Shown here: positions 39,501-48,674 of the stretch, in pieces
How positions within the stretch are numbered: position 1 is the stretch's first letter
How the letters are laid out: each line of letters starts with the position of its first letter
Source: an uncultured Oscillospiraceae bacterium
Lineage (GTDB): Bacteria; Bacillota; Clostridia; Oscillospirales; Oscillospiraceae
Reading direction: 5' to 3'
Assembly: GCA_948616425.1 (NCBI GenBank)
Contig: CAPGBJ010000053.1
Location: 33-64,032, forward strand
DNA length: 64,000 nt
Notes under the pieces: generated by a model
Told to the model about the DNA's origin: nothing
Seen by the model: only the letters and a program-made list of their open reading frames with translations
Databases searched by the model: none
Made by a program: the position numbers and the translations under genes

Positions 39501-40868
39501 ATGACGAAGAGATGGTTGGCGCTGCTCCTGTCCGCCTTTGTGCTGACGGGATGTGCCTCTGTTGGCCTGGACTCCAGCGGCAGCGGCTCCGATGGGCAAT
39601 CCTCCGGCAGCGCGATCTCCCCTCCGGATTGTTCCAGCAGTGAGGCGGAGTGGGACGAGAGCTCCGGGGTGCTGGTGGATTGGTCCCGACTGAAAGACAG
39701 GCAGAGCCGTCAGCCGGATGTGGACGGGGGACGTTGGTATCCAGACCGCACCGATGTCCTGATTCCTGGGAGGAACTATGGCCCCTTAATCCCCTACATT
39801 GGGGATCAAGCCTATATGTTTAACCGCTGGGAGTATGCGGGGGAGGTCCAGGAGTACTGGTCTGACTGGCCCAACTCCTTCTATGGTCTGATGACGCGGG
39901 ATGGAGAGATTGTGGTGGACCCGGTGTATCAAAGTGTCGGGTACTGCGCCTACGGAAAGGAGGGCTCCCTTCCCATTCTGCTGCTGTCAAAGAGCGGCCC
40001 GGCCTGGGAGGAATTCGGCAATGGCAGCCGGTACGCTGTGGCCGCAATCGATGGCAGCTGGATCACCGATTTCGAGTTTATAAATTACACCAACCGGGGG
40101 AATCAGCTGTTTCTCTTGCGGCCGGAGGGCTGTACCGTACTGGACAGTGCCATCGGGGAGCGGGAGGACTGGAGCTGGGAGGAGTTGGGGGTGTCTGAGG
40201 AGGATCTGCCCGAGACCCTCTCCTTTCTTCAGTGGGTCACCGGTCTGACCTGGCTGGACCAGGGCGTCTATCTGGGGCAGAAGGATGAGATGGGCTCTGG
40301 CGTGAATTGGGAAGAGGCCCAGGCACGGGTATTTCAGCCCGAGACCGGTCAGATCTACTGGATAGAACAGGGCCAGTGGGACCAGTGGTGTAAGGAAGAC
40401 GCGGACCGGAGATGGCGCGAGCCCGAGGTTGTGACCGGGCAGGATGGTCAAATGGTTATCACGGTGGACGGACAGTCCTATCCGCTGGAGGATACCGGCC
40501 CGGACTTCTGGCTGTATGTGCTGAGGGGAGATTTTGTGATTGTCTATCCCCAGGATGGCGAGATAGAATATCTGTACCGCCTGTCAAGCGGGGAGCGAAT
40601 ACTGGAAGGAAAAAGCTTACACCTCATCACCGACCTGTTTCGTCCAGAGGTTGTCCTCCCTGCCGCCTATGAGCAAGGGGTATGGACCGTATACAATGAC
40701 CGCATGGAGTCCCTTTTTACCCTGCAATCCACCCGACAAGATCAGTGGATACGGTTTTCGCTCCAAGACGGACTGCTGTCCCTCCATGACGACAGCACCT
40801 TCTTTGGTTGCTATGACCTGGACCAGGGGGAGTATGTCTTTTTCCGCAATCTTGGGCTGGGAGACTGA
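39501..40868 (+). CDS. Hypothetical lipoprotein (Trp/Tyr-rich, possibly WG-repeat/beta-propeller-like)
   Basis: Lipobox LTGC, Ser-rich linker, YGLMTRDGEIVVDPVY. Confidence 0.7.
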   Translation: MTKRWLALLLSAFVLTGCASVGLDSSGSGSDGQSSGSAISPPDCSSSEAEWDESSGVLVDWSRLKDRQSRQPDVDGGRWYPDRTDVLIPGRNYGPLIPYIGDQAYMFNRWEYAGEVQEYWSDWPNSFYGLMTRDGEIVVDPVYQSVGYCAYGKEGSLPILLLSKSGPAWEEFGNGSRYAVAAIDGSWITDFEFINYTNRGNQLFLLRPEGCTVLDSAIGEREDWSWEELGVSEEDLPETLSFLQWVTGLTWLDQGVYLGQKDEMGSGVNWEEAQARVFQPETGQIYWIEQGQWDQWCKEDADRRWREPEVVTGQDGQMVITVDGQSYPLEDTGPDFWLYVLRGDFVIVYPQDGEIEYLYRLSSGERILEGKSLHLITDLFRPEVVLPAAYEQGVWTVYNDRMESLFTLQSTRQDQWIRFSLQDGLLSLHDDSTFFGCYDLDQGEYVFFRNLGLGD

Positions 40869-40893
40869 AACTGTAAACAAATTATGAACCCTC

Positions 40894-40922
40894 TTGCTTT
40901 TTTGGGCGGACTGCGCTAGAAT
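40894..40922 (+). promoter_or_regulatory. htpG sigma-A promoter
   Basis: TTGCTT, 17 bp, TAGAAT. Confidence 0.7.
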
Positions 40923-40926
40923 ACGG

Positions 40927-40953
40927 TTAGCACTCGTGTAATTTGAGTGCTAA
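40927..40953 (+). promoter_or_regulatory. CIRCE element (HrcA operator)
   Basis: Exact consensus TTAGCACTC-N9-GAGTGCTAA. Confidence 0.97.
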
Positions 40954-41000
40954 CCGTATTGTTATCAAAGTAAATTTATATACATGGAGGAATCGGAATC

Positions 41001-42917
41001 ATGGCGAAGAAGCAATTTAAGGCCGAGTCCAAGCGGCTGCTGGACCTGATGGTCAATTCCATCTACACCCATAAGGAGATTTTTCTCCGGGAGCTGATCT
41101 CCAACGCCAGCGACGCGGAGGACAAGCTGTCTTACAAGTCCCTCACCGATGACAGCGTGAGCGTAAAGCGCAAAGACCTGAAGATCACCATCGTCCCTGA
41201 CAAGGAGGGGCGGCTGCTCACCGTGTCGGACAACGGGGTAGGCATGTCAAAGGAGGACCTGGAATCCAACCTGGGTACCATCGCCCGGAGCGGTTCGGGC
41301 CAGTTCAAAGCCGGCCTGGCAGAGGACGACAAGGCTGCCGACAAGATTGACGTGATCGGTCAGTTTGGCGTGGGCTTCTACTCCGCCTTTATGGTGGCCG
41401 ACCATGTGACCGTCATTTCCCGGGCCTGGGGGTCTGACGAGGCGTGGATGTGGCAGTCAGACGGGGCGGACGGCTACACGGTCACCCCCTGTGAGAAGGA
41501 GACCCCTGGCACCGACGTGATTATGCATATCAAGGCCAACGCCGATGAGGAGAATTACGACCAGTATCTTGACACCTATAAATTACAGGAGCTAATTAAA
41601 AAGTACTCCGACTATATCCGCTACCCCATCGTCATGGAGGTGGAGGACTACCGGCAGAAGGAGAAGCCGGAGGACGCGCCCGAGGACTACAAGCCTGAGT
41701 GGGAGACGGTCAAGGAGTGGAAGACCCTCAACTCCATGGTCCCCCTGTGGCAGCGGCAGAAGTCCAAGGTAAAGCCCGAGGAGTACGACGCCTTTTATAA
41801 GGAGAAGTTTGGCGACTGGCAGCCCCCCTTGACTGTCATCCACACCAGCGCCGAGGGGGCGGTGACCTACAAGGCTATGCTCTATGTCCCCAGTCAGACG
41901 CCCTACGACTTCTACACCCGAGAGTATGAGAAGGGGCTGCAGCTGTACTCCTCCGGGGTTTTAATCATGGACAAGTGCGCCGACTTGCTCCCCGATCACT
42001 TCCGCTTCGTAAAGGGCGTGGTGGATTCCGCCGACTTCTCTTTGAACATCAGCAGGGAAGTTTTGCAGCATACCCGGCAGCTGAAGACCATCGCCTCCGC
42101 CCTGGAGAAAAAGATCAAAAATGAATTGCTCAGACTTCAGAAGGAGGACCGGGAGAAGTATGAACAGTTCTGGGCCGCGTTTGGCACACAGCTGAAATAT
42201 GGGGTGGTGGCCGACTACGGCCGGCACAAGGAGGTCCTCCAAGACCTGCTGCTGTTCTGGTCCTCCAAGGAGGGGGGCAACACCACCTTGGCCGCCTACA
42301 AGGACCGGATGCCCGAGGACCAGCCCTACTACTACTACGCCTGCGGCGAGAGTGTGGACAAGATTGCCAAGCTGCCCCAGGTGGAGCGCATCTTAGACAA
42401 GGGCTATGAGATTCTCTACTGTACCGAGGATGTGGACGACTTTGTGATGAAGGGTCTGCGGGAGATAGACGGGAAGGAGTTTAAGTCGGTCACCGAGGAG
42501 GACGCCCTGCCCCAGACCGACGAGGAGAAGAAGCAGGCCGAGGAGAAGGCCGAGGCGGGAAAAGGTGTGCTGGAGGCTGTGAAGGAGGCCTTGGGGGACC
42601 AGGTGAAGCAGGTGCGTATCTCCTCTATCCTGAAATCGGGGGCCTGCTGTCTGTCCGCTGACGGCCCCGTCTCCATCGAGATGGAGCGGTATATGCGCAA
42701 GGTGGAGGGCAGCCAGCCCATGAAGGCGGAGCGGGTGCTGGAACTCAACCCCGATTCCACCCCCTTTGCCGCGCTGAAACGGGCAGTGGACGCCGGAGAC
42801 CAGGACACGGTGGCCAAATATGCCAAGCTCCTCTATGGGCAGGCCCTTCTCTTGGCCGACTTGCCTCTGGAGGACCCGGCGGAGTATACCACATTGGTGT
42901 GCTCGCTGATGTTGTAA
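41001..42917 (+). CDS. htpG: Molecular chaperone HtpG (Hsp90)
   Basis: YTHKEIFLRELISNASDA, NLGTIARSG, IGQFGVGFYSAFMVAD, LNISREVLQ. Confidence 0.98.
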   Translation: MAKKQFKAESKRLLDLMVNSIYTHKEIFLRELISNASDAEDKLSYKSLTDDSVSVKRKDLKITIVPDKEGRLLTVSDNGVGMSKEDLESNLGTIARSGSGQFKAGLAEDDKAADKIDVIGQFGVGFYSAFMVADHVTVISRAWGSDEAWMWQSDGADGYTVTPCEKETPGTDVIMHIKANADEENYDQYLDTYKLQELIKKYSDYIRYPIVMEVEDYRQKEKPEDAPEDYKPEWETVKEWKTLNSMVPLWQRQKSKVKPEEYDAFYKEKFGDWQPPLTVIHTSAEGAVTYKAMLYVPSQTPYDFYTREYEKGLQLYSSGVLIMDKCADLLPDHFRFVKGVVDSADFSLNISREVLQHTRQLKTIASALEKKIKNELLRLQKEDREKYEQFWAAFGTQLKYGVVADYGRHKEVLQDLLLFWSSKEGGNTTLAAYKDRMPEDQPYYYYACGESVDKIAKLPQVERILDKGYEILYCTEDVDDFVMKGLREIDGKEFKSVTEEDALPQTDEEKKQAEEKAEAGKGVLEAVKEALGDQVKQVRISSILKSGACCLSADGPVSIEMERYMRKVEGSQPMKAERVLELNPDSTPFAALKRAVDAGDQDTVAKYAKLLYGQALLLADLPLEDPAEYTTLVCSLML

Positions 42918-42918
42918 T

Positions 42919-42954
42919 AAAAAAGCGGAACGCCGGCGGCGTTCCGCTTTTTTA
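42919..42954. terminator. Bidirectional terminator after htpG
   Basis: AAAAAAGCGGAACGCC-GGC-GGCGTTCCGCTTTTTT. Confidence 0.85.
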
Positions 42955-43149
42955 CTAATCCTCAATCGTCACAAGGTCCACTGCCGAGGCCAGCAGAATG
43001 TTGATGAGCTCGTTTCTGGAGCGGTTGGTCTGGGCAGACAGGGTGTCCAGCCGGTCAATCAGCTCATCCTTCATCCGCACCGATACGATCTTGTACCCGT
43101 CGTCTCCCCTGCGGGCCACCTTCTTTTTGATCCTGATTTCTTCTGCCAT
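42955..43149 (-). CDS. Ribbon-helix-helix (CopG-like) DNA-binding protein
   Basis: YKIVSVRMKDELIDRLDTLSAQTNRSRNELINILL; ATG after GAGGTG. Confidence 0.85.
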   Translation of the reverse strand: MAEEIRIKKKVARRGDDGYKIVSVRMKDELIDRLDTLSAQTNRSRNELINILLASAVDLVTIED

Positions 43150-43261
43150 GCTTGTCACCTCATAGGGATATTTTAGCTTGACAGGAGCTGGTTTAGTATA
43201 CTATAATATTATAGTCTTAATTACACTATAAATATGTAGTTGGTTTGGGAGGAATACACAC

Positions 43262-43852
43262 ATGAAACAAGCAAAAACTTTGCTCGGGGTGCTCCTGTTC
43301 CTGGGGATCGTGGCGGCGGCTGTGGCGATTTTCATTCTGCCGATACTGGGCACCACCGCCCCCGGCGGGCCCAAGCTGTCCTTCGGCGGCCCGGAGACCT
43401 GTCAGCTGGGCGGCTCGCTGGAGGAGTTCAACGCCGCCGGCTTCTATATGAGCAAGGACGTTCAGGAGCACAGCTTTACAGGTCATACCACACAGGATAA
43501 GCTGGGGGTTTATCTGGATGCCGGGCGGGGCCAGTCCTGCGGGAGCGGCCGGCTGGTGAACAAGGGGGACGGCTACCGGCGCGGAAGCGAATGTATGGTC
43601 TACTCCTTCAGCCTGCGCCTGGAGGACGGCGGACACATGACCTGCAACGGGACCGAAATTCTGGGCAGCACCCAAGACGCCATCCAGGCCGCCTTGGGCA
43701 AGCCTGCGGAAACCTACAGTGACAGCGATCTGCACTGCTACACCAAAGGCGGCCGCACCTATAACTTCCGCCTCTACTACGACGAGGCCGGGGTGTGTAT
43801 CAAGCTCTCCGCCTATCAGGACGATCCCAAGCTGTCGTTCCTGTCTTTTTGA
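43262..43852 (+). CDS. Hypothetical membrane-anchored exported protein
   Basis: GGAGG RBS, N-terminal TM helix, 196 aa with several Cys. Confidence 0.7.
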   Translation: MKQAKTLLGVLLFLGIVAAAVAIFILPILGTTAPGGPKLSFGGPETCQLGGSLEEFNAAGFYMSKDVQEHSFTGHTTQDKLGVYLDAGRGQSCGSGRLVNKGDGYRRGSECMVYSFSLRLEDGGHMTCNGTEILGSTQDAIQAALGKPAETYSDSDLHCYTKGGRTYNFRLYYDEAGVCIKLSAYQDDPKLSFLSF

Positions 43853-43857
43853 GCGCC

Positions 43858-43887
43858 GTATAAAAGGCCGCCCTTTCGGGCAAACTG
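43858..43887 (+). promoter_or_regulatory. Putative forespore (SigF/SigG-type) promoter of the CBS gene
   Basis: GTATA-N15-GGGCAAACTG resembles the B. subtilis SigF/SigG consensus. Confidence 0.4.
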
Positions 43888-43923
43888 GCGGTAAGCCAAT
43901 TTTTACCGAAAGGGTGGTTTTCC

Positions 43924-44352
43924 ATGCAGGTAAAGGAATTAATGAACCCCAGTACGGTGACGATAGAACCCGCGTCCTCGGCGGCGCTGGCGGCCCGGCT
44001 GATCAGCCGGCACAACGTGGGGGCGCTGCCGGTGTGCGGCCCGGACCGACGCCTCCGGGGGATGGTCACCGACCGGGATATCGTCTTGCGGTGTGTGGCC
44101 GCCGAGGAGGACCCGGCCCAGACCCCGGTGCGGGATATCATGACCCGCAGCTGTACCACAGTCTCCCCGGCAGACGACTGCCGGGAGGCCACCCGGCTTA
44201 TGGCGCTCCACCAGGTTCGCCGCCTGCCTGTGGTGGACGGCGGGAAGCTGGTGGGGATGATCTCCCTGTCTGACCTGGCCCGCAGCGGCCGCTTTGACAT
44301 GGAGGCCGCCCAGGCTCTGTGTGAGATCTCGGAAAATATCGTTGTCCGCTGA
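43924..44352 (+). CDS. CBS-domain pair protein (YhcV/YlbB-like)
   Basis: VKELMN, VGALPV, GMVTDRDIV, QVRRLPVV, GMISLSDL. Confidence 0.9.
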   Translation: MQVKELMNPSTVTIEPASSAALAARLISRHNVGALPVCGPDRRLRGMVTDRDIVLRCVAAEEDPAQTPVRDIMTRSCTTVSPADDCREATRLMALHQVRRLPVVDGGKLVGMISLSDLARSGRFDMEAAQALCEISENIVVR

Positions 44353-44401
44353 TTGGACAAATGCCCTCCTGTGTCTTATAATAGAAGCAGGAGGGATTTT
44401 T

Positions 44402-45073
44402 ATGGAGATTACCCCCATTGCCCATATTCGCAGCGATTTTCCAGAAAAATTCGGCATTCCCCGGCAGAGCGGCCTGGTGGAGGAACTCACGGCCACCATT
44501 GTCTTTGCCCCTGCGTATCGGGACCCCAGCGCCTTGCGGGGACTGGAGGGGTTCTCCCACCTGTGGCTAATCTGGGAATTCTCTCAGACCCGACAGGGAC
44601 GCTGGTCGCCCACCGTCCGCCCGCCCCGCCTGGGGGGAAATAAGCGGCTGGGGGTATTTGCCACCCGCTCCCCCTTCCGGCCCAACCCCCTGGGGCTGTC
44701 CTGCGTGCGGCTGCTGGAGGTGGGACAGGATGACGAGAGCGGACCTGTCCTCCTGGTCGCTGGGGCCGACCTGATGGATGGCACCCCTATCTACGACATC
44801 AAGCCCTACCTGCCCTACGCGGACTGCAAGCCGGAGGCCTTGGGCGGCTTCGCCGCCCGGCCCAAAGGGGCTGATCTGGCGGTGGAGTGCCCGGCCGCTG
44901 TGCTGGCTGCCGTCCCCGATGACAAGCGAACAGCCCTGCTGGCTGTCCTGGCCCAGGACCCCCGGCCTCAGTATCAGAACGACCCGGACCGAGTTTACGG
45001 CATGACCTTCGCCGGCCTGGAAGTGAAATTTCGGGTGGCAGGGGATCGGCTGACGGTGACAGAAATTCTGTAG
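44402..45073 (+). CDS. tsaA: tRNA t6A37 N6-methyltransferase TrmO/TsaA
   Basis: KFGIPRQSGL, GVFATRSPFRPNPLGLS, DGTPIYDIKPY, QDPRP. Confidence 0.93.
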   Translation: MEITPIAHIRSDFPEKFGIPRQSGLVEELTATIVFAPAYRDPSALRGLEGFSHLWLIWEFSQTRQGRWSPTVRPPRLGGNKRLGVFATRSPFRPNPLGLSCVRLLEVGQDDESGPVLLVAGADLMDGTPIYDIKPYLPYADCKPEALGGFAARPKGADLAVECPAAVLAAVPDDKRTALLAVLAQDPRPQYQNDPDRVYGMTFAGLEVKFRVAGDRLTVTEIL

Positions 45074-45144
45074 GGGCGGCTCCAGACGGACGCGCAATAT
45101 GTCCCCCTCCCCCTACTGGAACCCTATAAAATTTCAAAAACCTC

Positions 45145-45175
45145 TTGACTTTCCCCCTTGTGGAAGGTGTAAAGT
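45145..45175 (+). promoter_or_regulatory. MerR-type promoter with 19-bp spacer and dyad operator
   Basis: TTGACT, 19 bp, TAAAGT; dyad ACTTTCC-N7-GGAAGGT (45148-45168). Confidence 0.8.
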
Positions 45176-45198
45176 AAAAACAGAAAAGGGGGAGGCCT

Positions 45199-45849
45199 AT
45201 GAAAATTAACGAGGTAGAGGCCCAGGTGGGCATCACCAAAAAGAACATCCGCTTCTATGAGGAACAAGGGCTGCTGGCCCCCCGGCGCAACAGTGAGAAC
45301 GGCTACCGGGACTACAGTGAGACGGAAGTTGCCGTCCTACGGCAGATCAAACTGATGCGCAAACTGGGGGTGCCCCTGGAGGAGATCCGCAGAATGCAGG
45401 CCGGGGGCACGGTGGCAGACGGGATGCGGCGCCACCTGGTCACCCTGGAGCGGGAACGCCACAGCCTGGAACAGTCCATTCAGCTGTGTCAAAGCCTGAA
45501 GGGCCGTGAGGAGCGGCTAGACGCCCTGGATGCCGCCACCCTGCTGGAGGAGATGGAGCGGCTGGAACAGACGGGCACCACCTTCCAGGACAAGCAGAAA
45601 AACGACCTGAAACCCGCCCGCTATGTGGGGGCTGTTGTCATGGCCCTGCTGACTACCGCCCTAATGGCCGCCCTGATCGTGCTGATGGTGTGGGGCTTTA
45701 CTGTAGATCCTGCCGACGCCCCGCCCCTGGCCCTGTTGGCGGTGCTGGTGGCCATCCCCGCCGTGATTATCCTAGGGGTGCTGCTGGCCCTGTTCCAGCG
45801 GATTCGTGAAATTCAGAAGGGAGAAGAAGACGATGCGAAAAACTACTGA
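45199..45849 (+). CDS. MerR family regulator with two C-terminal TM helices
   Basis: MKINEVEAQVGITKKNIRFYEEQGLL..NGYRDYS; hydrophobic C-terminal hairpin. Confidence 0.92.
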   Translation: MKINEVEAQVGITKKNIRFYEEQGLLAPRRNSENGYRDYSETEVAVLRQIKLMRKLGVPLEEIRRMQAGGTVADGMRRHLVTLERERHSLEQSIQLCQSLKGREERLDALDAATLLEEMERLEQTGTTFQDKQKNDLKPARYVGAVVMALLTTALMAALIVLMVWGFTVDPADAPPLALLAVLVAIPAVIILGVLLALFQRIREIQKGEEDDAKNY

Positions 45850-46105
45850 CAAGAAAAGTCACGGTCTGGTGGGCGGCGTCATTGTGACGGTGCTGGTGGT
45901 GGGCTTTGTCCTGCTGATGCTGGCTACGCTGATTCAGACCTTCGGCCCAATTTTTCCCTTTCTAGGGGAGCTGGGCGCGGCCTTTGGGGTCATGTTATTT
46001 TATGCAGGGGCGATCCTGGCTGTGGGGGTCGGCGTTGTTGTGGCGCTGATTCAGCGGTGGAAGGAGGTCAAAGGAGGGGAAGAAGATGAGGCCAAAAAGT
46101 ATTGA
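45833..46105 (+). CDS. Small 2-TM protein, paralogous to the MerR C-terminal domain
   Basis: 90 aa, ends QRWKEVKGGEEDEAKKY; start overlaps the MerR 3' end. Confidence 0.8.
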   Translation: MRKTTDKKSHGLVGGVIVTVLVVGFVLLMLATLIQTFGPIFPFLGELGAAFGVMLFYAGAILAVGVGVVVALIQRWKEVKGGEEDEAKKY

Positions 46106-46343
46106 CCGCCAGACGGAGAAACGGTCGGCGGTGCGCTCTGTGGTGGTCAGCACTCTGCTTCAGCTGATGATGGCGGGGACGTTGCTCTACCTGCGGACCC
46201 TGGGCCCTCCCGACTGGCTGTCCGGCCTGATCCTGATACTGGCCATCGCCGATGTGATCACCATTCCCTTTACCTTTGCCGCCCTGTGGCAGAGGGTACA
46301 GGAGATTGAGAAGGGCGAACTGGAAGAAGCCAAAAAATATTGA
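46086..46343 (+). CDS. Small 2-TM protein, paralogous to the MerR C-terminal domain
   Basis: 85 aa, ends QRVQEIEKGELEEAKKY. Confidence 0.8.
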   Translation: MRPKSIDRQTEKRSAVRSVVVSTLLQLMMAGTLLYLRTLGPPDWLSGLILILAIADVITIPFTFAALWQRVQEIEKGELEEAKKY

Positions 46344-46369
46344 TTCCATTGATATAAGGAGGAAAAATT

Positions 46370-46681
46370 ATGGTACTGGTAAACATTGACTACATCCCTG
46401 GGAAGGAATTTGAGGTGTTGGGCATGGCCAAAGGCACCGTGGTGCAGTCCAAGAACTTCGGCAAGGACTTTATGGCCGGCATGAAGACCCTGGTAGGCGG
46501 CGAGATCACCGGGTACACCGAGATGCTCAACGAGGCACGGCAAATTGCCGTCAAACGCATGGTAGACGAGGCCGAGGGTATGGGTGCAGACGCCGTCATC
46601 AATATTCGCTACGGCTCCTCCGCCGTGATGCAGGGGGCGGCAGAGGTCATTGCATACGGCACAGCGGTGCGATTTAAATAA
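46370..46681 (+). CDS. YbjQ/UPF0145 family protein
   Basis: VGGEITGYTEMLNEAR, GADAVINIRY, EVIAYGTAV. Confidence 0.92.
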   Translation: MVLVNIDYIPGKEFEVLGMAKGTVVQSKNFGKDFMAGMKTLVGGEITGYTEMLNEARQIAVKRMVDEAEGMGADAVINIRYGSSAVMQGAAEVIAYGTAVRFK

Positions 46682-46684
46682 CAC

Positions 46685-46717
46685 AGTATGGGCAGGGGAA
46701 AATCCCCTGCCCATACT
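46685..46717 (+). terminator. Terminator after the MerR operon
   Basis: AGTATGGGCAGGGGA-AAA-TCCCCTGCCCATACT. Confidence 0.7.
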
Positions 46718-46986
46718 AATTCATATAGACCAAGAGGGCCCACAAGAGGGATCATTGTATTAGGACCCCGCCTGCGGCGGGGTCCTAATACAGTAGAGCG
46801 GTAAATCCCGTCATTTTTAACACAAAGGGAAGATGCCCCACGGATGAAATATGAGAAAACAGAAAAAATAAAAAGCTGTATTGCATAATCTTACAAAAAA
46901 GTGTATAGTTAAGAGGCTGTTAAAACAGTGACAGGCTACCATTTAATGGATGAAAAAGACTTTCAAAGTTGAGGAGAGGACATCAT

Positions 46987-48582
46987 ATGAAGCGATTTCT
47001 CAGTCTGGCTCTGGCTGGCGCGCTGGCATTCAGCCTGACGGCTTGCGGTGGCGGCGGCGGCAGTTCCTCGAAGGGGAACGGAACCGGCAATGATACTAAA
47101 CTGCTCTACCACACCTACAATTCCGCCCCCTATGTCACCCTGGACCCCAGTACAGAGTACTCCAACGGCATTATGGTTCTGCAAAATGTATATGAGACGT
47201 TGACCCACTACAACCCAGAGACCGGAGAGGTGGACCCCATGCTGGCCACCAGCTGGACCAAGAACGACGACGGCACCGTGTGGGTATTTCAGCTGCGGGA
47301 GGATGTCACATTCCATGACGGCAGCGCCATGACCGCCCAGCAAGTGGTGCGCTCGTTCCAGCGGGCCATGGACCTGGGACAGGGCGGCGCCTATATCTGG
47401 GATGCCGTTTTAGAGTCTAACGGTGGCAAGGTGGAGGCGACCGGCGACTATGAGGTGACCATTACCTGCGGTTACCCCTGCGCCATCGACCTGGTGGTAT
47501 CTGCCGGCTATGCCGCCTATGTGATGTCTGACAGCGTGGCGGATCAGACCACCGAGTGGTTCAACGAGGGCCATGACGGCGGCAGCGGGCCCTATATGAT
47601 CACCCAGGCTACCGGCGACAGCGTGGTGTTAAAGGCCTATGAGGGCTATCGCGGCGGTTGGCAGGAGAACCAGTACAAAAACGTCATGATTCGCCAGGTA
47701 TCCGAGTCCAGTGCCCGGCGGCAGATGTTGGAGACCGGCGAGTGCCAGCTGTCCAGCCAGTTCTCCGCCACCGACTTGGAGGCCCTGAAGGCCCAGACCG
47801 ACAAGGTCTATACCTATCAGTCCGAGACCTTTAACAACGTCATCATGTTCCTGAACACCGCCACAGAGCCATGCAGCAATGCCGATTTCCGCCGGGCTAT
47901 GGCCTATGCCTTCCCCTACGAGGAGACTGTCAACGAGATTATGAATGGCAACGCCAAGCAGTCAGTGGGTACAGTGCCCAGCAGTTTGTGGGGCCACAGC
48001 GACAGTATCCCCCAGTATACCTGCGACATGGCCAAGGCCAAGGAGTATTTGGACAAATCCGGCGTCAACACAGACGGGCTGAAGCTTACTGTCACCTACA
48101 TGAACGGCTATGACGAGTACGCCAGCGCCCTGCAGCTGTATCAGGTGAACCTGAAGCAGCTGGGCATCCAGTTGGAACTGCGCAGTATGGAATGGGATCA
48201 GCAGTGGGCCCAGGCCCAGAACACCAATCCCGCCGACCGGCAGGATATGTTTGTCTTCATCTGGTGGCCGGACTATGCCGACCCTGTCAGCTGGTTCCAG
48301 TCCCTCCTCCACAGTGAGGACCAGATCGTCTACAATCTCTCCTATCTCAACGACCCTGAGTTGGATGCCACCATTGATGAGGCCATTGCGTTGACTGTCA
48401 CCGACCGTGACGCCGCCCAGGCCAACTATGTCAAGGCCCAGCAGATTGTGGCGGACAACGCCTATATCCTGAATCTGTACGACCAGATGCACACCTTCGT
48501 CGTCAGCAACACCATTCAGGGTGTGTCCGAGAACCCCTCCTATTCCAACGCCATCCAGTATTACAACATCACCACGAAGTGA
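46987..48582 (+). CDS. Peptide/nickel-type ABC transporter substrate-binding lipoprotein (SBP family 5)
   Basis: Lipobox LTAC, TLDP, VYETL, LREDVTFHDGS, GSGPY, FRRAMAYA. Confidence 0.93.
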   Translation: MKRFLSLALAGALAFSLTACGGGGGSSSKGNGTGNDTKLLYHTYNSAPYVTLDPSTEYSNGIMVLQNVYETLTHYNPETGEVDPMLATSWTKNDDGTVWVFQLREDVTFHDGSAMTAQQVVRSFQRAMDLGQGGAYIWDAVLESNGGKVEATGDYEVTITCGYPCAIDLVVSAGYAAYVMSDSVADQTTEWFNEGHDGGSGPYMITQATGDSVVLKAYEGYRGGWQENQYKNVMIRQVSESSARRQMLETGECQLSSQFSATDLEALKAQTDKVYTYQSETFNNVIMFLNTATEPCSNADFRRAMAYAFPYEETVNEIMNGNAKQSVGTVPSSLWGHSDSIPQYTCDMAKAKEYLDKSGVNTDGLKLTVTYMNGYDEYASALQLYQVNLKQLGIQLELRSMEWDQQWAQAQNTNPADRQDMFVFIWWPDYADPVSWFQSLLHSEDQIVYNLSYLNDPELDATIDEAIALTVTDRDAAQANYVKAQQIVADNAYILNLYDQMHTFVVSNTIQGVSENPSYSNAIQYYNITTK

Positions 48583-48674
48583 GCCTCACCATACGGCACT
48601 CCCAGCTTGACCGGGAGTGCCGGTTTGGCTTTCTCTTTGCCCTGTTAAACAGACCGAAATGAGGTGCTCGCCCC

